DNA of 63,931 bases, the filler included, from Lama guanicoe (taxonomy: Eukaryota): assembly GCA_013239625.1 (NCBI GenBank). It is 160 parts of 160 records of this genome, joined end to end, with 100 filler letters (N's around TTAATTAATTAA, not from the genome) between each part and the next. Parts side by side here need not be neighbours in the genome. Positions count along the whole stretch, not along the records: positions 24,790 to 25,089 come from PNXV01054435.1; positions 25,190 to 25,489 come from PNXV01054436.1; positions 25,590 to 25,889 come from PNXV01054437.1; positions 25,990 to 26,289 come from PNXV01054438.1; positions 26,390 to 26,689 come from PNXV01054439.1; positions 26,790 to 27,089 come from PNXV01054440.1; positions 27,190 to 27,489 come from PNXV01054441.1; positions 27,590 to 27,889 come from PNXV01054442.1; 152 more parts are not named here. One strand, written 5' to 3'. The notes under the pieces were generated by a model. The model saw only the letters and a list, made by a program, of their open reading frames with translations. It did no database searches and was not told the origin of the DNA. This document shows, piece by piece, positions 24,790-38,288 of the stretch (its first letter is position 1; each line of letters begins with the position of its first letter). Position numbers and translations under genes: made by a program.

Positions 24790-25089
24790 TCAGCTTTGGT
24801 TTCTTCTTTGACCCATAGGTTTTTTAATAACATATTGTATAATCCCCATGTTTTTCATTTGTTCTCCTTTGTTTCCCGGTTGATGATGTCTAGCTTGATG
24901 GCATTGTGTTCAATAAAGACGCTTCAGGTAATGCCTATCTTCTTAATGTTTCTGAGGTTTCTTTTGTGCCCAAGTATTTCATGAATCCTGGAAAATAACC
25001 CATGTGCACTTGAAAAGAATATATATACTATTTTGTGGGGGGTGCAATGCTCTGAAAATATCTGCCAAGGGTAATATTTCTATTGTATT
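24790..25089 (-). mobile_element. LINE-1 ORF2 endonuclease-region fragment
   Basis: ttcttctttgaccca, gcattgtgttcaataaaga, ccatgtgcacttgaaaagaat. Confidence 0.88.
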
Positions 25090-25999
25090 NNNNNNNNNNN
25101 NNNNNNNNNNNNNNNNNNNNNNNNNNNNNNNNNTTAATTAATTAANNNNNNNNNNNNNNNNNNNNNNNNNNNNNNNNNNNNNNNNNNNNTTTTCTCAAAG
25201 GGACCTTCAAACCACCTGGTAACATTTATTGAAAAGACCATCTTTCTCCTATGGCTCTGCGGTGCCACAATAGGCCAGAGCATTTTATCTGAGAGGGGAT
25301 CTGATTCTAGAATTTCTATTTTATTCTATCTTCCTGTCTGTGTATACTCCAGCTAATATCACACTATGTAGATTAATATACCACAACATGTTAACTAATA
25401 TAGCCAATACCACACAACGCAAACAAATAAGGCTTTTGTTTCTTGTACTAATTTTCTTCCAGTTTTGTTCTTATTTTTGAAAATTTCCTNNNNNNNNNNN
25501 NNNNNNNNNNNNNNNNNNNNNNNNNNNNNNNNNTTAATTAATTAANNNNNNNNNNNNNNNNNNNNNNNNNNNNNNNNNNNNNNNNNNNNCTATGCTAACG
25601 GTGCAAAAGATCAAGAATATGGGTGGCATTACTTTCCCATTTAAACCCGGGCTACTAGAAGACATTGAAAAATAACTTCAATAAGAAATGATCTCTTAAC
25701 ATAAGATTCTCCATCCAGTCAAACTACAGTCAAGTATTTTGCAGAGTCAAAGCTTCAAAACATTGATCAATTATAGTTGCCTTATGGAATAAAAAGGTGA
25801 TTTGTAGACATGGTCATACAACATGAAAAAGGGATAGAAATAAGAAAAAGGCATGCATTACCAAAAAATAAAAACAAAAACAAAACAGGNNNNNNNNNNN
25901 NNNNNNNNNNNNNNNNNNNNNNNNNNNNNNNNNTTAATTAATTAANNNNNNNNNNNNNNNNNNNNNNNNNNNNNNNNNNNNNNNNNNNNAAAAAAAACA

Positions 26000-26289
26000 C
26001 AGAATGGCATATTTGATTGAAGAGTCAACAATAAATGTTAAAACCTTCGGGAAACAGAATAGTCACATAGTTGCAAAGCATCACTGCACAGATTTTTAAT
26101 TAATTACAAAGGAAAAATGCACCCTTACATGTGGCAAAATCTGTTGGCCTCCATTTAACCAAATAATCCTTTAACCAAAAACCATCAATAATGAGACAAA
26201 CAGACATTGAGTGACCTCTGATGTGCTGCACTGAGAACTGCGTAGTATCACCAAGATGTTTAACCTGAATCCAATAAAGAGGAAACAAT
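26000..26289 (+). mobile_element. L1MC-type LINE-1 3' region
   Basis: ttaattacaaaggaaaaa, aataatgagacaaacagacat, tttaacctgaatccaataaagaggaaacaat. Confidence 0.7.
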
Positions 26290-29200
26290 NNNNNNNNNNN
26301 NNNNNNNNNNNNNNNNNNNNNNNNNNNNNNNNNTTAATTAATTAANNNNNNNNNNNNNNNNNNNNNNNNNNNNNNNNNNNNNNNNNNNNCCCTGACTGCT
26401 CTGGGTCCCAGGGGCGCGGGAGCTAGGCTGGCCCGCGGCCCGCTGGACCTGCTCGTGTTCTCTGATACCCTCTGCATTCAGGGACCAACCCCGGAGTGAA
26501 ACAGTGCTGCTGCCAGTTAACACGAGAACAAAATAGACTTTTGACATCAAAAGATCATTGGTGCAATGCCCTGGAATGGGACAGGCCATGGAGCGTGTTG
26601 CATGTCCTGGCCACTCCGGGTCACCGAGCTTGTCGCCCCTGCCCTAAGCGCTCTGGACGTGGCCGGGTGCGACAGCTCACGTCCGAGGGNNNNNNNNNNN
26701 NNNNNNNNNNNNNNNNNNNNNNNNNNNNNNNNNTTAATTAATTAANNNNNNNNNNNNNNNNNNNNNNNNNNNNNNNNNNNNNNNNNNNNTTTCCTATCAG
26801 TCTGGAGGTTCCTGCTTTTCTCTGCCCAAGGAGTCCCATTGTTTGCAAGATATATGGTTGTCTGCCATTTGGCCCATGCCCTGCCTTTTTCTATATCTAG
26901 CTCTCTGCCTGCTCTAACAGTTTGACCTTCATAGGAGGCTCAGCTTTGGGAAGGAAACTGGTAGGAAAAGAGACGGGAGAGATAGGTGTGGTGAAATATA
27001 AAGAGCCAAAAGTATGATTGTAAAGAATTTGAACTGTGTTATGTATTTATGGTGAATTTAACGGCTGGCATTTCATAGGAGAGTGTGTCNNNNNNNNNNN
27101 NNNNNNNNNNNNNNNNNNNNNNNNNNNNNNNNNTTAATTAATTAANNNNNNNNNNNNNNNNNNNNNNNNNNNNNNNNNNNNNNNNNNNNTAAATTATTTA
27201 AGCTTATATTTCTTGTAAATAGATGAGCTTGAATTATGTCTAGTTTTAAACCTAAACTCCCTCTGGTATAATTGTGTAATGAAGCAGAATAAATGCATTC
27301 TTATATGCAAAGCAAAATTTGGAGGACATATTCTTAAAAATCAGTTTCTGTCTTTGAAAATATATTTCTACTTAATTATCTAATAATGCTGATTTGCCAT
27401 TGTAAAATTTTACTGAATAAATTAGAAACACACAAACATGCACACACAAATATATCTGTGTATTCTAGATCTCTTTATACTGTAAAAAANNNNNNNNNNN
27501 NNNNNNNNNNNNNNNNNNNNNNNNNNNNNNNNNTTAATTAATTAANNNNNNNNNNNNNNNNNNNNNNNNNNNNNNNNNNNNNNNNNNNNTTACAGTCAAT
27601 ATTTTTTGGTGAGAAAAGCCATCTTCGTCAATGAAAAGATACTCTAAAATATTAACTCATGTTTGATTGGTGTAATTTTTCTTTTATTTGCTGCTAAATG
27701 TTTCATGCTGTTTAGAGCCACGGGGCTTCTTTTAGTCTTCATGGTCATTTACACAGTAATAGTAAGAATAATTATTTTAAATATACTTATTATAATAGCG
27801 TTATTAATTTTGGCATAAGACACTCATGATTTTCTGTGTGTTTAGATTTTATCAAATTCTTTAAAAACTGGGCGAATCAGAAAGTTCCANNNNNNNNNNN
27901 NNNNNNNNNNNNNNNNNNNNNNNNNNNNNNNNNTTAATTAATTAANNNNNNNNNNNNNNNNNNNNNNNNNNNNNNNNNNNNNNNNNNNNTATAAACTGTG
28001 CAAGAGGTAAGAGGTCAAGTGTGACATTCACTCACAATAGTTGAATCAGATTGTCCCACAGTAGGAGTGTGGCAACTGTCCTTTTGAAAGACCTGTGAAC
28101 CTCCCCTCAGGGTAGGGAATCTAACAGTGAATTCAGCTCTTTGCAAGTCGTGTGAACAGGTAAGCAGAGTGTCCTTTGGGACAGATACATCCATTCAGAT
28201 GTAAAGACATTTATTGAGAATGCTGGCAGACAGAATTGCAGTGGAGTCTAGGCATGTGCAAAAGGCCTTTTCGAGTCGATTTATTACAANNNNNNNNNNN
28301 NNNNNNNNNNNNNNNNNNNNNNNNNNNNNNNNNTTAATTAATTAANNNNNNNNNNNNNNNNNNNNNNNNNNNNNNNNNNNNNNNNNNNNGTCAGGATGCC
28401 TCCCTTCACCAAGATGTTCCTGGCCTACCAAGGTAAGCCGCCCCCAAAGTCAGCTTTGTCGTGGGGAAGGCGGGGAAGCACTTGACAGGCAGCCTGAGCG
28501 CGTGTTGAGACTAATCAAACCATGAGAGAAAGAATTCCACTTACTCCTTCCACGGAATTCTCTCCAGGAAACCTGCAGGAAGCCAAACCACCTCGCCCCG
28601 TCTCAGACTTTAGCTTCAAATTAAACATGTCTGAGTTTTTAAAATGCAGTTCACATTTTAAAAATTAAGAGGTAATTCCCATAGTATAANNNNNNNNNNN
28701 NNNNNNNNNNNNNNNNNNNNNNNNNNNNNNNNNTTAATTAATTAANNNNNNNNNNNNNNNNNNNNNNNNNNNNNNNNNNNNNNNNNNNNAGAGCTGCTTA
28801 CCCCTGGCCTTTTAATAACACGTTTCTTTGCCTCCTTCACGAGTGGATCCCTGCATTGGCCCCAAGGCGACTGCTCCACTGAGCTTTCCTGGGGGTACTG
28901 CACGATTTGACAAGACCAACCACATCCCCCGGATAAAGACCACTGCATCCCAAGGCCACCTGTCCATTGTTATCCTTCTTTTGCCATAAAATGTGCCCCG
29001 TGGACGGTGGTGGGGGTGCCATCTTGGAATGTACGTTCCATGGTCTCCACATGGTAGAGTTGACCGAGGAACTGTAGGCGAGACAGCAANNNNNNNNNNN
29101 NNNNNNNNNNNNNNNNNNNNNNNNNNNNNNNNNTTAATTAATTAANNNNNNNNNNNNNNNNNNNNNNNNNNNNNNNNNNNNNNNNNNNNTCAAAGTTATA

Positions 29201-32200
29201 TATCTGTTATACTCAACATGAGCCTCTTGGATAAGAAAGCAACTCAGAAAACCTGGATTCTAGGTCAGGAGGGCTGGAAAAAATCTTCCTTTCCCTTATG
29301 GCCAACACTGTAGAACTATAACTAGGTGTTAATGAAGGTTTGGAACAGCTTAACTGGTCACAGCATCCCAGAACTTTAGGATAGACTCTCCTGCTATTTT
29401 TACTCCTAGGATTAAGTCTCTACACTAATTAAACCTTGGATTAAACTTGAGTGTATATTGCCAACACTGAAACTGACATAGGTGTTTAANNNNNNNNNNN
29501 NNNNNNNNNNNNNNNNNNNNNNNNNNNNNNNNNTTAATTAATTAANNNNNNNNNNNNNNNNNNNNNNNNNNNNNNNNNNNNNNNNNNNNAAAAAAAAAAC
29601 AGAGAAAGAAAACAACAGTAAGAACACTTGAAATGAGTAAAGATACTCTGGAGAGTAAGTTAAAAAATAATGTATGCAACATTTTTTAAATCTGAAAGAA
29701 TAAAAAGCCCAAACGAGGTTAAGTTAAAAAAAATGTAATGTGATTATTTTTGTTGTGCAATCGTGGGAAGCAAAAATGATCACTGATTTATAATTTATTT
29801 ATGATTGTAAGACATCAAAGGACTAGATGAGAAAATTAATAATGAGAGGAACCAGAATTAGGCCAGAGAGACACCCTAATGAGGTAGATNNNNNNNNNNN
29901 NNNNNNNNNNNNNNNNNNNNNNNNNNNNNNNNNTTAATTAATTAANNNNNNNNNNNNNNNNNNNNNNNNNNNNNNNNNNNNNNNNNNNNTTCTCTAGAGC
30001 CTTCAGACAGGAGCCTACAAACCCAACATAACTTGACAAAAAATTGGATGAACAAAATTTGATGTATATATGCAATGGAATGAATACTTTGCATTCCTAT
30101 CAAGAGTGTCCACGGTGTACCTTTTTCTCCACAATCTCACCAACATTTGTTTCTTTTCTTTTTAATGAGAACCTTCTGAAAATTGTGAGGTCTTGTTTCA
30201 TTTTTGGTTTAAGACTTTCCTAAATATTTATAACTCTGAACATATTTTCATGTGTGATTTAGCCAACTGTATGTTTTCTACAGATAATTNNNNNNNNNNN
30301 NNNNNNNNNNNNNNNNNNNNNNNNNNNNNNNNNTTAATTAATTAANNNNNNNNNNNNNNNNNNNNNNNNNNNNNNNNNNNNNNNNNNNNCAAAAACAAAG
30401 AATGAACTGAGAACGTCTAGTAATTTCTGGGGGTCTGTCCAAGTAAGTACTCTGACTGATCCTCACAGTGAAACCTAAATATGCTGGATAAAGCATTAAA
30501 AATAGACAGCTAGACGGACTTAGCTGGTTAAGGAGGGCTAAGCCCAAGACTAAGAGACAGCAGGAAATTGAAAGAGGTAAACAGGGGACTCAAAGTGGTT
30601 TCTGCCTTGGGGGCACTGGCTGGTCTGGGTGGACTACATAGCATTTGTTTTCTCAGCCTCACAGTGGTGCTAGAGGCAGGGAAAAAAAANNNNNNNNNNN
30701 NNNNNNNNNNNNNNNNNNNNNNNNNNNNNNNNNTTAATTAATTAANNNNNNNNNNNNNNNNNNNNNNNNNNNNNNNNNNNNNNNNNNNNTTTTTTGAATG
30801 TAACAAAATTTATTTTTCCATTCTACCTTGAAGCATATGTGGGGATTTTCAGTCATTATTAGAAGCACTACTGCTGTGCACGTTTGTACATTTGTCCGGG
30901 AGCCCGTGTGTCAGAGTCTCTCCAGGAAGTATCCGAGGTGCGGCATTGCCGTGGGGTTGGGTGGGGTTTGCACACATTTATCTTGATTGGGAAATGCTAC
31001 CTTCCTGTTGGCAAACAATTTACAGACTCTCCAGCAGGGTATGATAATTTTGACGTCTCCTCACTTTCACCCACTTTTGGTGCAGTCAGNNNNNNNNNNN
31101 NNNNNNNNNNNNNNNNNNNNNNNNNNNNNNNNNTTAATTAATTAANNNNNNNNNNNNNNNNNNNNNNNNNNNNNNNNNNNNNNNNNNNNCCCCCCAACAC
31201 AAACAAACAAACAAAAACAAAGAGAATGAAGAATTAAAAACACTAGTAATTTTGGTTGTTGTTGATTTAGTATTTTTTTGGGTTTTTTTCCTGTTATTTT
31301 CAAAACCAATCATCAATTATTAGGTTATTTATACAGATTTCTTAGTACACCTGATAGCATATGGAAATAGACTTTAATGTTTGAAATATCTCCAGCTGGT
31401 CAAGTCAAACTTCAATTATGGCTAAAGTAATCATGGACTAATTTATTAATTTAAAATACAATGCTTATATAATCTAATATTAGGAGGTCNNNNNNNNNNN
31501 NNNNNNNNNNNNNNNNNNNNNNNNNNNNNNNNNTTAATTAATTAANNNNNNNNNNNNNNNNNNNNNNNNNNNNNNNNNNNNNNNNNNNNAAAAAAGGAGG
31601 AAAAAATAAACTTTTATTATTAGACCCTTGTATGCTTCAAAATTTCCTTGAGGGTTCTCAGCATCCCATGGTCAACACGTGAGGAATAATCCGCATGATT
31701 AATCCACCTGATGCCAGCAGTCAGGATTCAAGCATGTGTCTCCAATAACATCCCAGGGCGGAGCCCAAAGTGGAAAAACAACTGACGCTTTGATTTCCTA
31801 TCAAAGCCCTTGAGGGAAACACAACCGAATGATAATAAACGCCATCTTCTTTTTATCATCTGTGTAACCAGGGTGCTGTCCTGTCTTCANNNNNNNNNNN
31901 NNNNNNNNNNNNNNNNNNNNNNNNNNNNNNNNNTTAATTAATTAANNNNNNNNNNNNNNNNNNNNNNNNNNNNNNNNNNNNNNNNNNNNTTTCCTTGTGT
32001 TTCTGTCTGCCATTTTGATTTGGTGGTTTTCTATCATGTTTTTCTCAGGTTTTTTTTTTAATGTTTCATGTCTCTGCTCTAGAGTTATGTTTTGTGGTTA
32101 CCATGAGTTTTTTTTTTATAAAACATCTCATTTTTAAAAAAGTGTCCTTTTTGTGCTGAGAGGATCATATCTTCATTTACCTACGTGGGTTCTATCCTTT

Positions 32201-33744
32201 CCTTTTCCCCTTCTGTGTTTTTGTTGTCTCAAATTATCCTTTTTTATGCTCTGAGTTTGTTACCAAACCAGTATAGTTACTTTTCCTGCNNNNNNNNNNN
32301 NNNNNNNNNNNNNNNNNNNNNNNNNNNNNNNNNTTAATTAATTAANNNNNNNNNNNNNNNNNNNNNNNNNNNNNNNNNNNNNNNNNNNNCTAGAGCACAA
32401 TCTGTCTTTTATTTACAAGGCCAGTTTCTCCCAGGATGGTGCCTATGACTTGATAGATACAGTAAATATTTGTTTTCTTACTGACTGTTTGAATGACCTA
32501 GTGTATGAGTAGGATGTTTTCTGAAGTTGGGTTGTTGTTTTATTTTGTTTCATTTTTATAGAAATCATCTTCTGAGCCAGAAATTGGGAAACAAGATTAA
32601 TTATAAAAAAAAATCTCGTGTGTATATGTGGGCATGAGACTGTGGAAAGTGCTCCACAGGAGCCAACAGATTATAACAAATTGACTTCTNNNNNNNNNNN
32701 NNNNNNNNNNNNNNNNNNNNNNNNNNNNNNNNNTTAATTAATTAANNNNNNNNNNNNNNNNNNNNNNNNNNNNNNNNNNNNNNNNNNNNGGAGGGCTGGC
32801 GCTTGTTTGCTGAACCTCCCCCTCTCCAACAGAGAGGCCAGTGGGACGGAGAGGGAGCCTCCGAAGCTCAGATTGGCCCCAGCAACCCTTGACTGAGAGA
32901 ACTGAGTTAAACGGGCACAAAGGGTCCCTGTGACATCCAGCCGGCAGCTGGGACCGGGGCAGGCCGCCCAAGCCGGGCAGAGGACTGGGGCGGCTGCACT
33001 GAGGCGGCCCCAGGGGACTGCAGGGTGCTGTGCGCCGCAGCTAGGAGGGGTTACGGAGCAGAACAACCTGGGCCCTCCATAAATTACAGNNNNNNNNNNN
33101 NNNNNNNNNNNNNNNNNNNNNNNNNNNNNNNNNTTAATTAATTAANNNNNNNNNNNNNNNNNNNNNNNNNNNNNNNNNNNNNNNNNNNNCCCATTGATTT
33201 GCATTTAAATTTGATATGTCTTTTCATGGGAAAATAAATGGTATCACAGAAATTGTTAGAATCCTAATGTTTACTTCAGGGAAGAAATTGCCTCTGCAGA
33301 GCGTGAGAAATCTGTGTGCATTTAATTCTGTACCACCATAAAGCTATAAAATGTTAGTGTTTACGGAGGATTCAGAACATTATCTTGCCCTAGGTACATA
33401 ATTTAACAGCTCAGGAAACTGAGGCCCGGAGAGATCTAAGACCTTGATACTAACAGTATGATTTCTGGACCAGCAGTATTAGCAGCACCNNNNNNNNNNN
33501 NNNNNNNNNNNNNNNNNNNNNNNNNNNNNNNNNTTAATTAATTAANNNNNNNNNNNNNNNNNNNNNNNNNNNNNNNNNNNNNNNNNNNNAAAAAAAAACC
33601 ACGTTGAAGGGGGCCCAGCTCTGAAGTCAGGGTAGGAGACTGGTCTACCTGGGAACAAAGTAAAGGCAGAGGAGCTGACCCTTTCACCTCCTTGAGAGGG
33701 AACTGATGAGCAGGGCCCTTGGCCCCAGACCAGGCCTGTGCCAC

Positions 33745-33870
33745 TGCCTGTCTCTGTAAATAATGTTTACATTATTACATCATCATTCACACATTGTGTT
33801 TGGCTGTTTTTGTGCTACAGCAGCAGAGGTTGTACGTCCTCAAGAGCCTAAAACACTGGCTATTTCTCAA
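33745..33870. mobile_element. MER58-like (hAT-Charlie) fragment
   Basis: cctgtctctgtaaataa...ttggctgtttttgtgctacagcagcagag...gagcctaaaa. Confidence 0.65.
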
Positions 33871-33989
33871 TATGCCACATGCTCGAGTGNNNNNNNNNNN
33901 NNNNNNNNNNNNNNNNNNNNNNNNNNNNNNNNNTTAATTAATTAANNNNNNNNNNNNNNNNNNNNNNNNNNNNNNNNNNNNNNNNNNNN

Positions 33990-34289
33990 TTTGTTTGTTT
34001 TCGTTTTGTGGTGAGAACACTTTAGATTTACTTTCTTAGCAACTTTCAAGTATAGGATACAGTATTGTTAACTATAGTTACCATATTTTACATTAGATCC
34101 CCAAATTTATTCATTTTATAACTGGAAGTTTTTACCCTTTGACTAACATTTCATTTCCCCTACCCGCCAGCCACCACAATTCTACCCTCTATTTCTGAGT
34201 TCAACTTTTTTTAAGATTCTGCATGTGAGTGAGATCAGTGTTTGTCTTTCTCTGCCTGACTTACTTCACTTAGCATAATGCCCTCAAGG
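33990..34289 (-). mobile_element. LINE-1 3' end (L1MA/MB type)
   Basis: gtggtgagaacactt, cttagcaactttcaagtata, ttaactatagttacca, gattctgcatgtgagtgagatc, ttcacttagcataatgccctcaagg. Confidence 0.9.
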
Positions 34290-36789
34290 NNNNNNNNNNN
34301 NNNNNNNNNNNNNNNNNNNNNNNNNNNNNNNNNTTAATTAATTAANNNNNNNNNNNNNNNNNNNNNNNNNNNNNNNNNNNNNNNNNNNNTAGATATTATC
34401 TCATTTACTTTACTGAGGACAAATACGTATGCCTTTAACAATACTGAAATGTTAAATTAATATGTAGCATTTTTCAGATGAAACAACAGCAATGCCAAAA
34501 AATAAAATCTATTCATCCCTTAAAAAAAAAAAAAGAAATATACAGTTTGGAAGGAGAATAGACAAAAAGGTGAGATACATATAATTAAGTCCCTGAAATT
34601 GACAATGAAGATGCACACGTGGTAGGAAAGCAGGAAGTTCCCACTAAAAGGGAATTTTAGGCTCTGAATCCTGAAGGAGGAGAGGGCACNNNNNNNNNNN
34701 NNNNNNNNNNNNNNNNNNNNNNNNNNNNNNNNNTTAATTAATTAANNNNNNNNNNNNNNNNNNNNNNNNNNNNNNNNNNNNNNNNNNNNTCTAATTACTC
34801 ACGGGCCTTCAGGCTTACAGCTTCTGCTCCATTCTGTCATGCACTGAGTATGACCACTTCATCATGGCTCTTACCTTCTCAAACAGCTTTCACAGCACTC
34901 TGTTAACATTATCTTCAGGGTAAACTGATGGTCTTAAATCTCACAGTCAAGCCCACTCATGGATATTTCCTCCTTCTAGTGAGTTGATTCTGATCAATGC
35001 AAACTCTGAATGTGTTTGCATTCTGCATCTGAGCCTCAGCGGATGTTGCTCCCTTGGCCTTTAATACTTGCTTATTTTTTATTAGCCTANNNNNNNNNNN
35101 NNNNNNNNNNNNNNNNNNNNNNNNNNNNNNNNNTTAATTAATTAANNNNNNNNNNNNNNNNNNNNNNNNNNNNNNNNNNNNNNNNNNNNTCTAGGGCAAA
35201 GCCTGAGGTTTCGTGCTGCTGCTCATGCCACAGAGCTGCGGGAAAGTCCATATATCCACCTTCTTTGAATGTCTAACAGTGCTACTTCATTTTAATAGCC
35301 TGGTCTGATCTCACTTTCCCCCTGGAAAGAGCTGGGTGACAGCACAACATTGCTCAGAGGAAGATTTTCTGTTTCTCATTGTAGGAGACAATCACTACAT
35401 AGTAAACTGAATGGCAAATGGCAAAGGCAATAAACAAGGTTGTAAGCCCAGCTGTGGAAGGGGGACTTTGCTTTTGTTGTGACTCAAAANNNNNNNNNNN
35501 NNNNNNNNNNNNNNNNNNNNNNNNNNNNNNNNNTTAATTAATTAANNNNNNNNNNNNNNNNNNNNNNNNNNNNNNNNNNNNNNNNNNNNCACTCAAGACC
35601 AGCTCCGAGGAGTGTCGGCCACTGAGGAGGAGCTGGTGTGCCCCCTGCAGGTTTGACCTCGGCAGGGCCAGAAATCATAATTAGCCAGCTGCTGGAGGAA
35701 GGACGGAGCCAGGCCGGGAGAAGAGGCCTGCACTGCCTTCCCCCCCCCCCTCCTGCAAGCGGTCAGCCAGCAGCGTGGCCTTGCTGGGTCACTGACGCGG
35801 TGCTTTTGTAGTTACATGGTTAAAAAGTTCTCAAGTGTTCTACCATGCTCCTAAATAAATCTTGGATTGATTAAAGATTTAATTGGTGGNNNNNNNNNNN
35901 NNNNNNNNNNNNNNNNNNNNNNNNNNNNNNNNNTTAATTAATTAANNNNNNNNNNNNNNNNNNNNNNNNNNNNNNNNNNNNNNNNNNNNGACAGGGGCTG
36001 ACATGAACAAGGCAGTGGGATTGACGACTCCGATAAGAGGAAACGTGGGCTGAGACAGGCCGGCCTGAGCTGCACGGAGGTGAGCCATCTCCCAGGGCTG
36101 TTAGCTCTGCTAAGGCAGACACATGCCAGGAAAGTGTGTGCTTTGTTTTTTGAGGGATTGCTGGTAGACACGGGAGATCCCAGGAGTCAGGATGCAGGGC
36201 CTCGGCAGGAACCAGTTGGCACCGCATTTTCCCGACGTCATCTTGTCCTTGGCGCTCCTGCCCCTGCCCTTCCACCAATGCCTGTGCCTNNNNNNNNNNN
36301 NNNNNNNNNNNNNNNNNNNNNNNNNNNNNNNNNTTAATTAATTAANNNNNNNNNNNNNNNNNNNNNNNNNNNNNNNNNNNNNNNNNNNNTGTGTGTGTGT
36401 ACCAAATGGAGACGGCCTCCTGTGCCGAACCTGCTCCATTTTGGGTGCATCCTACTCTCTGGGATGCTGCGGCTGGTTGTGTGTGAAAGTGGACGGAGTC
36501 TTGTTGCTGCGTGGGGATTCCTCTGCCTGTGTCTCTCTTCAGATTCTATGTGAATCGTGTTTCACACCGCAGGTGACGATAGAGAAGCTAAATGGTTTGT
36601 GCTGTGGTTTTTGTGATTTTGCATGAAATTATGTAATGTGCTGTCTGAGATTGTGAATGGCATGTGGGTGCCGCGGGATGGTGCTTTTCNNNNNNNNNNN
36701 NNNNNNNNNNNNNNNNNNNNNNNNNNNNNNNNNTTAATTAATTAANNNNNNNNNNNNNNNNNNNNNNNNNNNNNNNNNNNNNNNNNNNN

Positions 36790-37089
36790 GTATTCCACAT
36801 TCTTTAATCTTTTGAAATAGTTTGAGAAGAATAAGTTCTTGTTTGCATGTTTTTTTCTTAGAATTCCCCAATGAAGCTGTTCAGTCCCGGACTTTTGTTT
36901 GCTGGAAGTTTGTTTTTATTACAGTTTCTATTTCTCTTCTAGGGATCAGCCTGTTCATATAACATGTTTCTTCTTGACTCAGTTTTGGCAGACTGTCTGT
37001 TTCTAGAAATTTGTCCTATTCTTCTAGGTTGTACAATTTCTTCGCATATCTTTGTTCATAGTATTCTCTTATGAATTTTTATATTACTG
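36790..37089 (-). mobile_element. LINE-1 ORF2 fragment
   Basis: tgaaatagtttgagaagaat, tagaattccccaatgaagc, ttctagaaatttgtctatttcttctagg. Confidence 0.9.
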
Positions 37090-37271
37090 NNNNNNNNNNN
37101 NNNNNNNNNNNNNNNNNNNNNNNNNNNNNNNNNTTAATTAATTAANNNNNNNNNNNNNNNNNNNNNNNNNNNNNNNNNNNNNNNNNNNNTTAGGTTTCTG
37201 GTCTAATCTTAATTGTGTGTCTGTTGTTGCATCTAAGAATACCATGATACAAATATCTTCCACAGGAAAAA

Positions 37272-37421
37272 GTATATGTATACACACATATATATATATA
37301 CAGAGAGAGAGACACAGAGAGACAGACATATATTATATATATATAGTAGTTTGCAAACTTACTTACCAAAAATATATATATATACATATATATATACATA
37401 TATACATATATATATATATAT
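37272..37421. repeat. Compound (TA)n/(CATATA)n/(GA)n microsatellite
   Basis: Directly visible simple repeats. Confidence 0.9.
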
Positions 37422-37989
37422 CATACAAGCATAATTTCAATTGGTGCTTTGAGTAAACTTATTGGTAGCTAGAAAGAAACAAGTTTAAANNNNNNNNNNN
37501 NNNNNNNNNNNNNNNNNNNNNNNNNNNNNNNNNTTAATTAATTAANNNNNNNNNNNNNNNNNNNNNNNNNNNNNNNNNNNNNNNNNNNNTGCTGTCTGTA
37601 GACTACTTCTAAGGGAAAAACCTATATTATTATTGTAATGAATGTCATCTTCCTTGTGGAATTAAAAAATTTTTTAACTCACACAAAATATTTTTAATAT
37701 ATAGTATATACTACAATTTACATTTAATTTAGCATAATTTTGAGAATTTTGAGATCATATATTCTATTTCTGTTAATATAATCAGTATTTTAAAATGTTA
37801 TTTTCTGTTTTTGTTTATTTCAAATATTTCACTCCAACTCTTTATTTCTTAAAGTAAAAATAAAAATGGGCAATGATTTGGTTTGACAANNNNNNNNNNN
37901 NNNNNNNNNNNNNNNNNNNNNNNNNNNNNNNNNTTAATTAATTAANNNNNNNNNNNNNNNNNNNNNNNNNNNNNNNNNNNNNNNNNNNN

Positions 37990-38288
37990 GAAATGCAAAT
38001 CAAAACTACAATGAGGTATCACTTCACACTGGTCAGAACAGCCATCATCAAAAAGTCTACAAATGACAAATGCTGGACAGGGTGTGAAAAAAAGGGAACC
38101 CTTTTATTATTGGTGGGAATGTAAATTGGTGAAGCCACTATGAAGGACAGCATGGAGGTTCCTTAAAAAACTAAAAATAGACTTACCCATGATCCAGCAA
38201 TCCCAATCCTAGTCATATATCCAGAAGAGATGAAAACTTTAATTCAAAAAGATACATGCACCCCAATGTTCACAGCAGCAGTATTTAC
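37990..38288 (+). mobile_element. LINE-1 ORF2 3' end
   Basis: gaaatgcaaatcaaaactacaatgaggtatcac, ttggtgggaatgtaaattggt, gatccagcaatccca, gatacatgcaccccaatgttcacagcagca. Confidence 0.95.

Noticed and set aside
28790..29089. Possible retroviral integrase remnant or exon (minus strand, PGDVV-like motif, AG/GT boundaries)
   Set aside because: Stops occur in the frames examined and I found no convincing match to a known family.
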